From the NCBI GenBank assembly GCA_964188305.1, contig OZ076886.1: 64,000 bases of DNA, one strand, 5' to 3'. Positions 1 to 13,400 of this stretch are shown one piece after another (position 1 is the first letter of the stretch; the number at the start of each line of letters is the position of its first letter). This DNA comes from Podarcis bocagei. Lineage: Eukaryota. A model generated the notes under the pieces. It was not told the DNA's origin. It saw only the letters and a program-made list of their open reading frames with translations, and did not search any database. A program made the translations under genes and the position numbers.

Positions 1-274
1 ATCTTCAAAGCCCAGGAAGTATTAACAATACCCAACTAATCTGTCCTGAAGGTTTTTGGCTACTTTGGGGATTATGTAAAGCAGAACTGAAGGAACAGGT
101 GAACAGGAACTTTAACGGGATGTATTTAAAAAGAATGGTGGTAATTAGTGATACAATCAAGTACACTAATATCAGATGTCCTCCTGTTCCATTTAAGGTT
201 TCTTAAATGGATAAATAAAGAAAAAATACTTGTATTTTCAAGAATTCAAGGCTAATTAGACATTCTATGACCTT

Positions 275-370
275 TTAAACTGGCGTGTGTTGTTTTGTTT
301 GTTACTATGTTTTGGGTTTTTATACTGTAAACTGCCCTGTGATCCTTGGATGATGGGTGGTATAGACATT

Positions 371-427
<57 letters not shown>
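275..427 (+). mobile_element. L2-like LINE 3' end with (AAT)n tail
   Basis: tgtaaactgccctgtgatcc...ggtatagacatttt followed by about 18 AAT units; a related copy lies inverted at 8960-9080. Confidence 0.65.
372..427. repeat. (AAT)n microsatellite
   Basis: Perfect trinucleotide run. Confidence 0.97.
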
Positions 428-1021
428 GGGGAAATTGACAAGGGATGGGACAAAGCCAATGAAAATAACAAGAATGTTAAGGTGGCTATTGATAGTCCAC
501 CTCTCAGTTCCCAACAGAAACCAGCAGCAGATGGGGTAATGGGTCCCTGAATTCCCCCTCTACTCAAGAGAAAGACCAACTGTAGAGTCTGCTTCCATGA
601 TAATGTAACAGGAAGTACCAGAGAAAACAGTGCCTGTATATACAAGAGAAAAATGATATAGCAGGAATTTGTCCTGAGACAACACAGCATGAGAGGTTCA
701 TATGCACTATGATAAGTTTGGGATTTAGTTCCTGGTGACATCTGTAGCTATAAGCTGGATGGGAGGAGTTCTGAAGAGCAAAAGCAATAGTTGAGCATTA
801 CATTCCACAAATCTTCTTTGTGAATTACCTCCTTTCCCTTTGAGTCAAAAAATTGCTAGTCCTGTTATCTCTTCTTCAAAAAAATATCCAGTACTCTCCA
901 ATAAAGTTTGCATCTCAGTAGTTGACAAGCCCCAGTTGTTCCCAATCTCTATAAAGAATTACACTTTGCAAGTCAGCCTCTCAAAAGTCAGGAGTGAGCA
1001 GTCTTAGACAATCAGGTGTGT

Positions 1022-1031
1022 TTTATTTATT
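1022..1031 (-). promoter_or_regulatory. APEH polyadenylation signal
   Basis: Overlapping AATAAA hexamers on the minus strand about 320 nt after the stop codon. Confidence 0.65.
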
Positions 1032-1348
1032 TTTGCAGCAGGAGTCTTTGTAGTTCACCTGTTGTCCCCAAAGACTAAGGCTAAAGACAGAGATTCAAAA
1101 ATCAGTACCCAGCACCTGACACCTCCAAATCAGCCACCTGCTATGGTGGAACTACTTATCAGAGGGCAAGATCTGACAAAGTGTGTGATGAAGGTGACCT
1201 CTGCCATGTACTTATTCAAGTTCTGGACGACAACCAGTCCCTATGGTGGCTGTTTGGAATTGAAGTGCCTTGCATTATGTCGGCTTCACCACGCTGCTTA
1301 TTAGTATGGAAGCGGGTTACAAAAGGAGTAGGCCAGCTTCTGTAGTCA

Positions 1349-1451
1349 TCATTTCAGGTGCTGGATCAGCCAGAGTGCAATATTCATGAAACCGTCTGCC
1401 TCGGCCTCCACACCAGAGAGCGAATGGTTATTGCCCGGATAAAGCAGCATC
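1349..1451 (-). CDS. APEH: APEH exon 22 (catalytic His, stop)
   Basis: tttctag acceptor; [33 protein letters not shown] followed by TGA TGA. Confidence 0.95.
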
Positions 1452-4400
1452 CTAGAAAGAGAGAGACACAAATATTAGGTGTAATGTGTTTATTTTTCAC
1501 ACCACTCTCTCTTGCCAGACCTTCTGCCCACACACAATTCTCCTCTCCTGACCCAGTCGCATATATTTCTAGCCTCTTGACCACCACCCCTTTGTCTCTA
1601 TAGAGCCTCCTTTCAGCCAGCTCCTTTGCATTATTTGCCAAGTTTGCCTATTATGCTTACCGGGTTGGGACACCCTTGGCCTTGAGAGCACGGTAATACT
1701 CCAAGCCTTGCTTGGGGGGTACACGTCTATCTTCCTCTCCTATCATTAAAAGAACAGGTGTCTGAACCTAAGGAGGAAAAGGGCAAAGATATCAAGGCAG
1801 CTGGAGAAACCAAAGCTCTGAAAACGAAGTAGCGGAATCATGGAGTTCTTGGACCAATGGATGTGGAGAGGGAAGGTCTGTGTGTATTGTACCTTGTCAA
1901 CGTATTGCATAGGTGAACAAAGCAGCATCTCTGCCCCTTGCCTGGGATCTGGGAGGGCAGTCTGGTCATACGGTAAGCCAGCCTCCGTCAGGCACCTAGG
2001 AGTAGCAGCACAGCAGGTATCAAAACAGAGGGAACGGGAAGCAGAGAGCCGGAATAAACAGAAAGTTCTTCCAGCTGACAGGTGCAGCAAGTGGGGTAAA
2101 CCCTGTACATTGGGACCAGTGCATTTTATGAAAGTGCAGATTATAAATGAGTAAATAAATAAATTAAAACTATGGAATATAGTGATGGTCACCAACTTGG
2201 ATGGTTTTAAAGGACAATTCAATTAATTCATGGTATGTGTGTGTTAAGACTATCAATAGCTACTAGCCACGATGGGTGTGTTCACCGTGAGGTGGTACAT
2301 CTCTGAATACCAATTGTTGGAAACCACCTTGGGAGACTGCTCTTGCCCTTGGGTCATGTTTGCAGGCTTCCCATCAGCAGCTGATTGGTCACTGGGAGAA
2401 TAGGATGCAGGAGTGTATGGGCCTTCTTGTGTCCTCATTACAGCAGCCACAGGTATGAAGGAGAAACTGCAGCTACTCAGGCTGCCTTTGGTACGCACCA
2501 GTCAGGGATGTCAGTGCTTCCGACCATGGAGGCCACGTTGACCACGGGATTCCTGGCCACACAAGCCTTGTAGGTGCCAGGGTATTGGCCGATGAGATGG
2601 CAGGATAGGAAGCCTCCATGGGAGCCACCAAACACGGCCACTCTCTGTGGATCCGTCAATTCCTCCTGTAGCACCTGTTCCACACAGAACTGCAAAGAAG
2701 GTGGTGGGTGCAAGGGGGAGGAAACAGCACTGCAGCATCTTCCCACCAGTGAAAAAATCTACAGCTCCCCACCCCTCCCTGCTTGCCCTGGAAAGGGGGA
2801 TTGCAACCCTCTTACCTGCACATCCTTGACGTCCTGACTGCCCACTTTCCCTGGAAGGGAGTCCACACTGTCCTGGCCAAAGCCTAGTGATCCTCGGTAA
2901 TTCACTTAGGGAAGGGAGAAAAACAGGCTCATTGAGATCTCCAGTTCTTTGCTATACCTGAGCCTCCTGCTCTCCAAGGAGGTGTCACTCTGCTCAACCA
3001 GGTTGCAGAATCACTGGGCAGGAGGATGCTTCCTCTAATCATCATCATCAAACCTTTTATTGGCATCACATACAAACATCCAAAACAAATCAATGCAGAA
3101 TTACCACTTCCCCAGTGGCACAAAGCACTGCTAAAAGAAAGGAGGCAGAGCAGTCTATCGTCATAGCTTCCTCTAATGGAAGGATGATACCATGGCAGGA
3201 ATCTCCAGCTCTCCCTACCTGCTACCTGAACTTGACTACTGTCATTCCTCCTCCAGTGTCACTCCCCTAGCACACCTGTTGAGCAACTGAGACAGACTGG
3301 ACTAGACAGAAAAAGGCCAAATGATTTGGACCACGCTGCAGTCATTTACCACTGTCATGGGAGAGGATCCATCGACAGTCCAGTCTCCTAATTGTGATGC
3401 CCTATTCAAAGATAAACTGAGACCCCACCAGCCCACTGGGTGACTGAGAATGCTCTGGGCCACCACTTACCCAGCAGCACAGCAAACCCCATCCGACAGA
3501 GGAGTGCTGGGTACAGCATCCAGCTGGTGGTGAACACTGAGTGTGGGCCTCCTGCAAAGGAGAAGACGGGAGTGCCAGTGAGATGAAGGGCGAAGGAATC
3601 ACCCTGTGCCTTGAATGAGGGGAAGGGAGTGATGAAGACAAAGTACTTACCATGAGGTGACACCACTAATGGAAACTTGGCCTTCTTTGGCGCCTGAGTG
3701 GGCCGCAGTAGGATGGCTTCAAAACTGAGGCCCGCTGTGAGGAAAGACCACAGTTTGCAGATCTGGTGAAAGTCAGGCACAAAGGCCTAGATTCAACTAA
3801 CCCAGTACACTCACAGAAGTCAACGCAAGGGCTCCCACTAAAGCAACAGGCCTTCCCCCCTGTGCTTCCCTCCAATCCTGCTGTGGAGGGTCAGGAGAAC
3901 TTCCCAGAACAATACACAGGGGAAGGAGAGGAGGATAATTCCATCTCCCTGCAATGGCAGATCTAGCGTGAGTGAGTGGTGTCAATTTCCTCCCACAATC
4001 TGCATATCACAACCTTAATGCCCTAATTTCTTCCCTGGCTCAAAGCAGGGAATTAAATTCCTTGATCTCTGGCGATGTCTGTCCAATTCTTTTTCTCTGG
4101 GTCCTCACCATACTGGGGGTTGTCCTGTTCTGGAGGAGGCTGCAGGGTACGAACATCCCAAGAGATTTCTTGAATTGGGCTGGCTTCTTCCAGGCACACC
4201 CAGTTAACTTCAGCTTCCTTGCCAGCAGGAGGCAGGAAGGCCACCATCTGCAGCAAGAGGACATAGAGGAATCCAGCACCACTGGAGCAGATCTCTCTTA
4301 CTCGGACCACACAAGGTCACCCAGAACATAAGGAGCAGAGCATGTCCGCTAAATAGCAGCACACATCTGATATTTGAAAAGAAAAATGGAGGCAAGTCCA

Positions 4401-7400
4401 ATGGAAATACTGGGGACAGGGGGTCGACGCTGTGTTCTGTCCCTGGGCTCTTAATCATTACACACTGCACTGCCGACAATCCTTGACCCTACAGCCTCTG
4501 TGCTGTTTCAGCTTTGGCTGTAAAAATCTGTACTATGGGCAACAAAACATGATGTCCAGTGCCTCATATTTTGCCCTCATCAGAATTCCCCCCCTCCCCC
4601 AAAAAAAGAATCAGTTAAGCACATAACTAATAGGATGTTGCATCCCGGCCACGAAGTTTGTGCAATCACAGCCAAACAAGTTTTTGACACTTGGGGCCCC
4701 GACTGATTAATTTGATACAGGCCAGTTCCTAAGTCAAAGTCTACAGGCTTGGTCTATTTAATATTTGAGTAATTCTAAGCAAAATGTAAAGTGACAGAAA
4801 GCACAGGAAGTATTATTTTAGAATTACTGCAACAAGCAATTCTGAGCCCAGGTCCCTCTGCCCAACCTTTGGCCACTGGACACTTACAAGCATGGGAGGG
4901 CAGTTTGGAGTGGAGAATCTGGCCACCAGCAGATCTCGGTCGACAGTGAGCAGGGCCCAGCTTCCAAGATGGGAACCTAGGTTAGTAAAAGAACAAAGTT
5001 TTTCTCTTCCCCCGTATTCTGTGCTCAGGTGGAGTGTGCAACCCTTGCTGCTTTGTTTCTGATCTGGTATGTTTGCATTTGAGCACTGAAGGCCTGGGCA
5101 AGCTGGCCTGATACGAGCAAAGCTTTGGGGCAGAGAAAAACTGACTTGACATGCGGAAAAATTTATAAAAATGGACGGAATATGCAACAAAATGGGTTGC
5201 ATCCAGAGAAGTCCTCCTGCTTGTGCAATGGAGGTTTGCCTCACTCTCCTCCCCCCATTGGCTCCAGGGCTTGGGGAAACTCCCAGAATAGATCTGGGAG
5301 GGGGTTCTCGTGGGGTAAGGAGATAGGGAAAGGTCTGTTGTGCAAACGTAAGTCATTCTGCGAGTGTTCTGGCTTTGTTGGATGCATCCCAATTTCCAAC
5401 TGCTGACGGCTGGAACCTGAACTAAAATTAAGAACGCAGCGTTGGCAAAATTTGGAGGGGGTTGGAGAAGGGGGCAGTGCATGTGAAGCAAAGGTCAGTA
5501 GAACAACGGGGGTGTTCACATTGGATGATCAGTGGGCATTAAGAAACTAGGATAAAGATACTGGCTTGGGATGCATCTTCCACCCAAATGCTTACAAAGG
5601 CAGTATAGTGCGATACTAAAAAGGGTGGAGAAAAGCGAAAGATAAGCAAGTGAGGACACCAGATACAATTATCTCCAACTGTGCTAGCTGATGACAAAGG
5701 TCTGAAGAACTCCCTGAACAACAGACTGCAAGATGGCTTGCCTGTTCTCTTTGAATAGCTCTGCCCCAAACGGATTAAACAAATTAGGACTCACTTCTGC
5801 CAGAAGATCAGAGGGTTGCAGTGGCAGGACACAGCATAGACTGCAGTTACTGGAAGGAACTAAGTATGGAGGGCCAAGTTATCGAGTTTGCTACTTACCC
5901 TTGGTCAGAGAGCACACACTGCCTGACACTGTATCAACTACAATCAGCTCCTAGAGGAAAAGACAGCATGAGAGAGATCTACTCTCAGTTGCATCCAGAA
6001 AGCACCTGCTCACACAACAAGCTGTCCTGCAATTTATCAATGGGGAGACACACACACACACACACACACACAAGGTTCTGCAAGATTTGCACAACAATCC
6101 CTTCTCCACCACACTATTTGGAAAGAGCCAAATGTTCAGATAGTGCTATAATCCTTTGCTTTGTTATATGGATCAATGTGAGATCCCCATGAAGTTTAAA
6201 GGTATTAGATGTGCTGATTCAATTTGCCTGTTGCCAAATAAAGCCTTCGATTGGAGGTACCCTTTGTGCTTAGTTTGCCCGAACTACCCGTGGCTTCAGT
6301 CTGAAGCTCAAGGTGATCTACGCTTTGTTCTTACCTGCCTGCTACGTTGAATTGTGTCCAGCACAACCCTCTGGCTGTCTGCTGCCCAGCAGTGCTCTGA
6401 CAGTGCTGTGCTATAGATCCCAGTGAAGTCACCTGTAAGAGACAAAGCGCCTTCACTGAAACAGCAGCTGCCCTTCTGGTGGAAAACACAGGGATGCCCC
6501 TGGGCCAGGAAGCCACATGATAAGCCCCTTTCATGGATGCCAGTCAGAAGTAGCCCATGAAATTCTGACACCACGGCAAAAAAACAACAACAAAAAACCC
6601 CCAACTGGCATTCCCCAGAGTGGTAAAAATGATAAAAAATAAATTCAATTCTTGTCAATTTCCTGCCCTTTCAGGGTAACAAAAATGATAATAATCTGCC
6701 AACTATAACAAGTGACTTCACCCTGCCTAATGAGAAGGTCAGCCGTGATGCTGTCTCTCTTCATATATATTCCAAGGCCCCCCAATCCCTCTTTGCAGCC
6801 AGTCCCCGTGATATTCCACAGCCAGGATCTGCCGACTGAGCCTGCTTTTCTAATGGCAAAGTAGATGTGGATTCTGAATTCCTGAAAAAAACTGGCAAAA
6901 GATTCTGCAGAAAAATACTTGCTGAAGACACAGAACCTAATTGCCATTGCTGATTCCAAACTTGAGGCAGGCAAAGAAGCTGCTGCTGCTTCTAATAATA
7001 ATAATTTTATTATTTATGCTCCACTGGCTGGGTTGCTCCAGCCACCCTAGGCGGCTTCCAACACGTATAGAAAGATTCCAAGGGGTGCTTCCTGAGACAC
7101 CCTAATAGAGAAGGTGCCATGTGGCTGGTTTTCATGTTTTCCCAATGCTCAAGTCTTTTCCCTATTGCCCCAGAATCTCCTCCTTTCGTTCCTCCTTAAC
7201 ATCACCTTGTTTCTCCCAAACCATCCACAGCCCTGTAGGCGGATTTCACATTCCACACTTCTGTAGTTAACGCAGTGATAAATGTTGACCATTCTGAACA
7301 AGATACATGACTGTGCGTGATATGCAGCAGTCCTAACATTTGGCTTCGCTTGTTGTTGCACATGGAACGCTTGGCACAGGGTTCTATCGGATTCCATCAA

Positions 7401-10400
7401 ACACCCCTGGGAGCTCCAGCACGGTTGTAATACATACCTTGGCTCTGCCGAGGCACAATCTCCACCACGACGGAAGTGAGCTTTGTGTACCAGTCGTACT
7501 GGGGGGGGGGAGAGATCAAAAGGCATCAAAAAAGGATGTGGCAGTGCACAGCTTCCTGGCCCACAAATATTTTACAGCATCAAGACATGCTTCACGGAGG
7601 TGCTGAGGTGGCCTGATGTGATAGTTCTGGGTGGACAATGACAGGCCTTGGTTCTCCTTATGCTCTCACCGAGGAGCTCTGCCTCAATTCCTCTGACCAA
7701 GCTCTCCAAGAAGGAACCCTCATAACCCCTGCCAGCAAATATGGATTCCCCACTATAGTTGTCAACAAGGCAGAATTTACTCAGGCTCATGCAGAGCTTT
7801 GCCTGATCTCTCACACAACAGTTTGGCAAAGGCCAAAGAGCTCAATGACTTGTTCACAAAGCTGCCAACAGGACTTTCTGCATGGGGATTGGGCCCACTT
7901 CCCTATCTGCAGAAGAGGCCTCCGATTTGCAAAAAAATTGGGCCATATGCAAATACATACAAATTGACATTCTCTTCCGCGGGCAGGGAGGAGGACCCAA
8001 CAATAAATCAGGGGCCACACACAAGTAATAAGATGTCTGGGAGGCAGAAGGCCAAAAGCTGGAACTTTCCCCATAATTGTGTTTCTGTCCTAGAAAATAT
8101 GTGACCTGTTGAATTTCTACCTGACACTGCTCTCCCCCAGTGACAACTCCAAACCAGGCAAAAACCTCAATTTTCATGAACTGTAACACATTGTGAAGCT
8201 GAAATTTGTTTTTCCCTGGTGCGTTTGTGACTAATATTTCTCTACGGCGATCATCAGTCATTCACAACTGTGACTGTACTCCTTCAGCTGCAGCACAGAA
8301 AGACAGGAGCCGACTCATTTCTTACAAAGCAGTGGGTTAGACTGATGCCTCCGCATTTTGCTTTGTAACAACCTTCTTTCTGGAAAGGGCTAGATATTTA
8401 CATTTTTCAAAATGAAAACTCAGTCTTGGTCCCCTGCTACCTCTGGGCCCAGTTCAGAAGCATTCCTGATGCCTTCACCTCCGAAGTCTATATAGAGGGC
8501 AGGAGCTTATTCGTCTCTCATGCAAAGACTCAAGGCTCAAAAGCAATACTCACCATGCAGAGACGGCTGCACTGTTGGTGAGGCCCAGAAGCCGGGTTCT
8601 CCAGGTACACAATGCGACATTGGTCTGGACTCAGGCGTGGAGACCAAATGGCTTTGTTGTCGTCTGATAACAGCTCTGCAATGGGAAGGGAGACAGTGAA
8701 TTAAGAGAGAGGACTGAGAAGTCACTGCATGGCTGCTGCTGCTGCTGATAAACCAACAGGAAAACATGTCTCACCACAACGACCACCTGTCAGGTCCACA
8801 TAGAAGATAGCTGATCTGGAAGGAAAAGCACAAAACAGAAGTGGAGCTTACATGGAAGAGCACCACGTGAGACTGGCTAAGGGGGTGGGGACATCTATCT
8901 TCTCTCTGCAAGCTAGTGTCTCATTCATCACCCAGACAGGAACATAACAGGAATACTATTATTAATTACATTTTTATACCGACCTTCATCTGAGGATCAC
9001 AGGGTGGTTTACAATATAAAATCACAAAAATACATAACATAGTAACAAACAAAAACAATCCCCCCCCCCCCTGTTTAAAAGGACAGGGTGAAGAGGTGAC
9101 TTCTTCCTGATGAGGCAGCAGGGTGGTTCCCAAACAGGAAATGGGCAAGTTCTAGAATCGAAAAGGGCCCAAGTCCAATCTGGGCGCCTACTTCATCTGC
9201 ATGAAGCCACACTAGCTCCTCCATAGCCACAAGACCACATCCTCCCTGGCTACAGGTGTGTTTTGCAGGCATACAAAGCACCTCCAACCCCAAAGACTCC
9301 AGAATGTTCGTAGGCCCACTCCCCCATTTGGTCCCTCATCTATCTAATATAGTCAATCCCATTTGGATTCTTACTTGTCCTGGTAGGAAACTTACCTACG
9401 ATTGGTGCAGTACCTCAACCCTAGGCGGAAGGGCTCGTGCCACCAGCCTGTGAACACCACCCCAGTGTCGCCTGGAGCCCAGAAGGCCTGGGGGAGAAGG
9501 GAATGCCATGTCAGGTGTGGAGAGGAAGGCGGGTGACTCTAGCACATCTCCAGCATGCGGGGTTAAGATAGGTTGGAAGACAACAGCAGATGTATAATGA
9601 CCCAGCTAATATATACAGTGGTACTTCTGGTTGCAAACAGGATCCATTCTGGAGGCCCGTTCGCAACCTGAAGCGCTGTATCTGCGCAGGTGTGTGGCGC
9701 GATTTGGCGATTGTGCGCATGAGAAAGTGGCGAAACCCGGAAGTAACCCTTTCTGGCACTTCCGGGTCACCGCAGGACGCAACCTGAAAAAACGTAACAT
9801 GAAGCAAACGTAACATGAGGTATGACTGTACCATGGAAACCTGGAATTAAATGGATGGGGAACACCCCCTGGCTCTTGTCTTGGAAGATAATTTTGAAAT
9901 TATCTTTCCAGGAAAGCAGCATCTTGGCTGGCAAGCACAGAGTCCTTCCCGCTATATCCTAGCCATTTTGGAACAGCTATTATAGTATCGGAGTTGGCAA
10001 ATAACACTTTTGGGGGTGGGGGTAACAGGCAACACCGAGGATGACTCCACACTGTTTCTGTTCCAGATACCAAACTTGTGGGAATCTTCTGTAAGTTGCT
10101 TTTAGAGCCCCTCCTTGGGGCTAGAAGGCAGAATGCAAGTATTTAAAATAAATAAAAATACCCTTATCCAACTGGGCTTAACTGGGTGCCAACCTTCTCC
10201 CTCAGTTTATCCTGTACTGACCTGCCCAGGGGAGATGTGCTCTGGAACACTCTCCAGGACCGAAACGTTGTTGCTCTCAATGTCCAATACACACAGCACA
10301 GGGGTGCTTTTAGCCACCAGGGTCTCCCCCCAGTCTTCGTAGAACACAAACTGCTCTCCCTAGGAAAAGCAAAGAGAGATCCTGATGCAGAGGCAGCTCG

Positions 10401-13400
10401 AGTGACAGCAAAGGGAGTCTCACCTGCCTGGGAGATTGCCAGGGCCCGCATCACTGGTTTTGAACTTGGCGTCAGTTAAGTACTTCCCACTTCCTGAAGA
10501 GTGAGGAAGCCCACACACACATTTGCTTACAAACGCCGCAGTTCCACTGCAGGGACATCACCCTTGGAGGCAACTGCTCCCTCAGAGCCAACTGTTCAAG
10601 ATGCAAGCATTAGCTTTACTGCATTTCAGGTATAAGTGTAATTGGTAGTGCATTGCCTTATGAACAGAGATGCTTTGAGTATGGAAAAAAATGGCATAGG
10701 GTGATGATGAAGAGAAACTGAAATACTGGCTCGCAGGACACAAGGCAAAGCAGAAGTTCATTTTACCTTAATGGCTTTATCTCGTCGCTCTGTCTTGGCC
10801 AGCTCCTCTTCGCTGCTCAGCTCAGGGGCTTTTGGCTTAAAGAACGACTCAGCCTTGGGGCGCTTCTTCTCCGCCACGTAGAGAAGGTGCGTCTCAGAGT
10901 GTGACCAGGCCAAGCAGCCAAATTGGTCTGGGGCAGGGAACAAGATGACAACAGATTTCACTCAATCAAAAATGCAATGACCAGAAACATTCCTAGGTTT
11001 CTGTCAGGGTGATATGTGGGTGCTTGCGAAGATAACAGCTCGGGACTCCAGCGTGTCTTTTACAGGATTTATTGAGTGCAAAAGCTTATGTATAGTGCAG
11101 AGGTCTTGAAAGCATGTCTGCCTCAATCGCTAGCAGATTCCGGAAGTGGTTCTCGCCTGTTCCCCCTCCAGCAGAAAAGCCTCGGAAACCCCCCTCTTCT
11201 TTTCCTTTCCTTACGTGAAAAACTAAGCACCGGAAGCTGCTCTTTTCTCTCTTTTATAGCAGCCTTTGGGCTTCTCTCTCTCTCATCTTCCGTGTCTCCT
11301 GACAGTCTCTCTTCCCCTGACTCTGACGAAGTACAGCTGCTCATCAGAGGAGGCTCTCTGTACATTCTGGTGTCTCCCCCCTTCTCTGCAAACCAATCCC
11401 TGACAGTTCCCCAAGTCCCCTTTTCAAAAACAACTTCCCCTTATCAGTGCATATCAGGGATATCGGAGAACACCCTACCACCACCAGCACTCCCGAGCTG
11501 TAAGGAAAGGATGAATGTTGGGGCCTGGCTATCCTCTTCACTTGTCTCTTACAAATGGAAACAGAGCTGCAGGGAAAGCTCACCGTCCTCATACACTTGG
11601 CCATGCTTCTCCAGGGCTGTCAATTCAATGCTCTTCACCTTGCGGTTCTTTTCCCACACCTGTGGGAGCAGACACATGGCACATTTAGTCTCTGAACCCC
11701 TTTGCTTATGTACCCAGTGTCTTCTCAGAGACCGGACCTATTCTGAGCCACATGAAAGAGCCACAAACTGACCCCTTTCCTTTCAAACAAAAAGAAGCAA
11801 AAGCCACTCAAGTCAGAGTGCCATACAACTGCCTCCCGGGTTGGAAGCGTGACGGATAGTTTGAGAACCACTGAGCAAACGGGCCACATATGAAGCCACA
11901 TTGCTCTGGGAATGAAGGAGCAGAGCATCTCTGGAAGGTCTACCTTACACAGGAGAAACCTATTAGAGAGCCAGGGTATAAGTCTCTTCTCTCAGCTTTC
12001 TTCAAGCCAGCCATATATACCTCTAGGAACTGTTTCTCTTCGCCTTTGGTGTTGCTAGTCTTTCGTAGAACGGCTTTCTGTGCTCCACTGGGAGAGTCCC
12101 GACTGAGCAGCCTAAGAAGGAAAACAGCATGGTTAGCCTAGGAAAGATGGCTTTGGTCAGGCACAGGCCAGGACAAAAAAGGTACCAGAAAGGAAGGCAG
12201 CTCAGACTGTGCCCATCCTTCCAGGACAAGCAGGGGACATGTGGCCCTCCAGGTGTTGTTGGACTCCCCACTCCCCATCAGTTCAGATCACAGGCCATGC
12301 TGGCTATGCCTGAAGGGAGCAGCCCATCTGTCCTGGGAGAAACAGCCAGTGCTGACACCAAGGAAGGGGTCCTGCCGCTGCAAAGGGCAACAAACAAACA
12401 AACACCACACACAAGAGGCTTTGGAAGCACACCAAGCTAGGATATTGAAAGGGATGGATGGGTCGTGTGGATCATCTCCATTGCCATTTGATAAAGAAGT
12501 AAACATATGGCAATACATATAATGTATTAGAAGAACTACCTCGCCTTACATGTTTCCCCAGGGCAGGATGACACAAGAGAGAGCCTTTTTAAGTGTGGTG
12601 CCACAGCTGTGGAACATCCCTTCCAACCAAGGTCTGCTTATCTTTAGTAAGCAGTAAAAACTGGGAATTTCCAGAAGTTCCTGCTCAGTAAGTATATGCT
12701 GCTGGGCAGGTTTGCAGTTTTGTCTTTCCCTGTGGCTTCTGACAGTGCTAGATATTGCAGATTAGGGCACTTAACCATTGTTTTAGTGTTCTGATTTTCA
12801 GTCAGCTGCCTTAGAGGCCCCTTCGGTCCAAAATTATGGACTCTCAAATAATTTTGAAAATAAAGCAGTCTGATCTCATTAAAGGATTCGGATTGTTTTG
12901 GTGCAGAACCTGTATCCCAGGACTGGAAGTTCAAGGCTATGCTGATCCTTGGGAGACCCCCTTCAGCACAAGGCTTTGGGTAGTGATCTGCTGTTTCTGC
13001 AGAAAGCGTGGTGAAACACAACAAACAAGAGACTTACTCTCCCTTGATTTCCGTGCAATTGCCAGAGGGGCTTGAGTACACGATGGAGTGGCTGTCATGG
13101 AAGATGAGGTACTGATGGCAGAATTTTATATTTTCAGCTCTTTCCAAGTCTCGCTGAGACCACTCTGTAAAGGGAGGGAGAGAACTCAGTTTCTGTCCAG
13201 CCTACCACAGGAAGAACCAATCTTCCTCTACCACAAAAAAATCCCAACATCACTGTCCCATCCTCCTCTTCCCCCAACTATTTCAGGCAAGACCAGGAGC
13301 AGACAAGAGAAGCCTCCCCACACAAGAGACTTGCCTGTTAACCTACCTTAATATATTTCCAACACCAGTCAAATAACTTTATTTTCCCATGTCTAAAGTT

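Noticed and set aside
1-240. Plus-strand AATAAA near 214 as the 3' end of a convergent neighbour (MST1 by synteny)
   Set aside because: No coding sequence in the window to support it
265-741. ORFs with poly-Ile on both strands
   Set aside because: Translation of the (AAT)n tail of a LINE fragment
11076-11771. 231-aa plus ORF and 80-aa charged minus ORF
   Set aside because: Explained by purine/pyrimidine bias of the solo LTR and the antisense of exon 5
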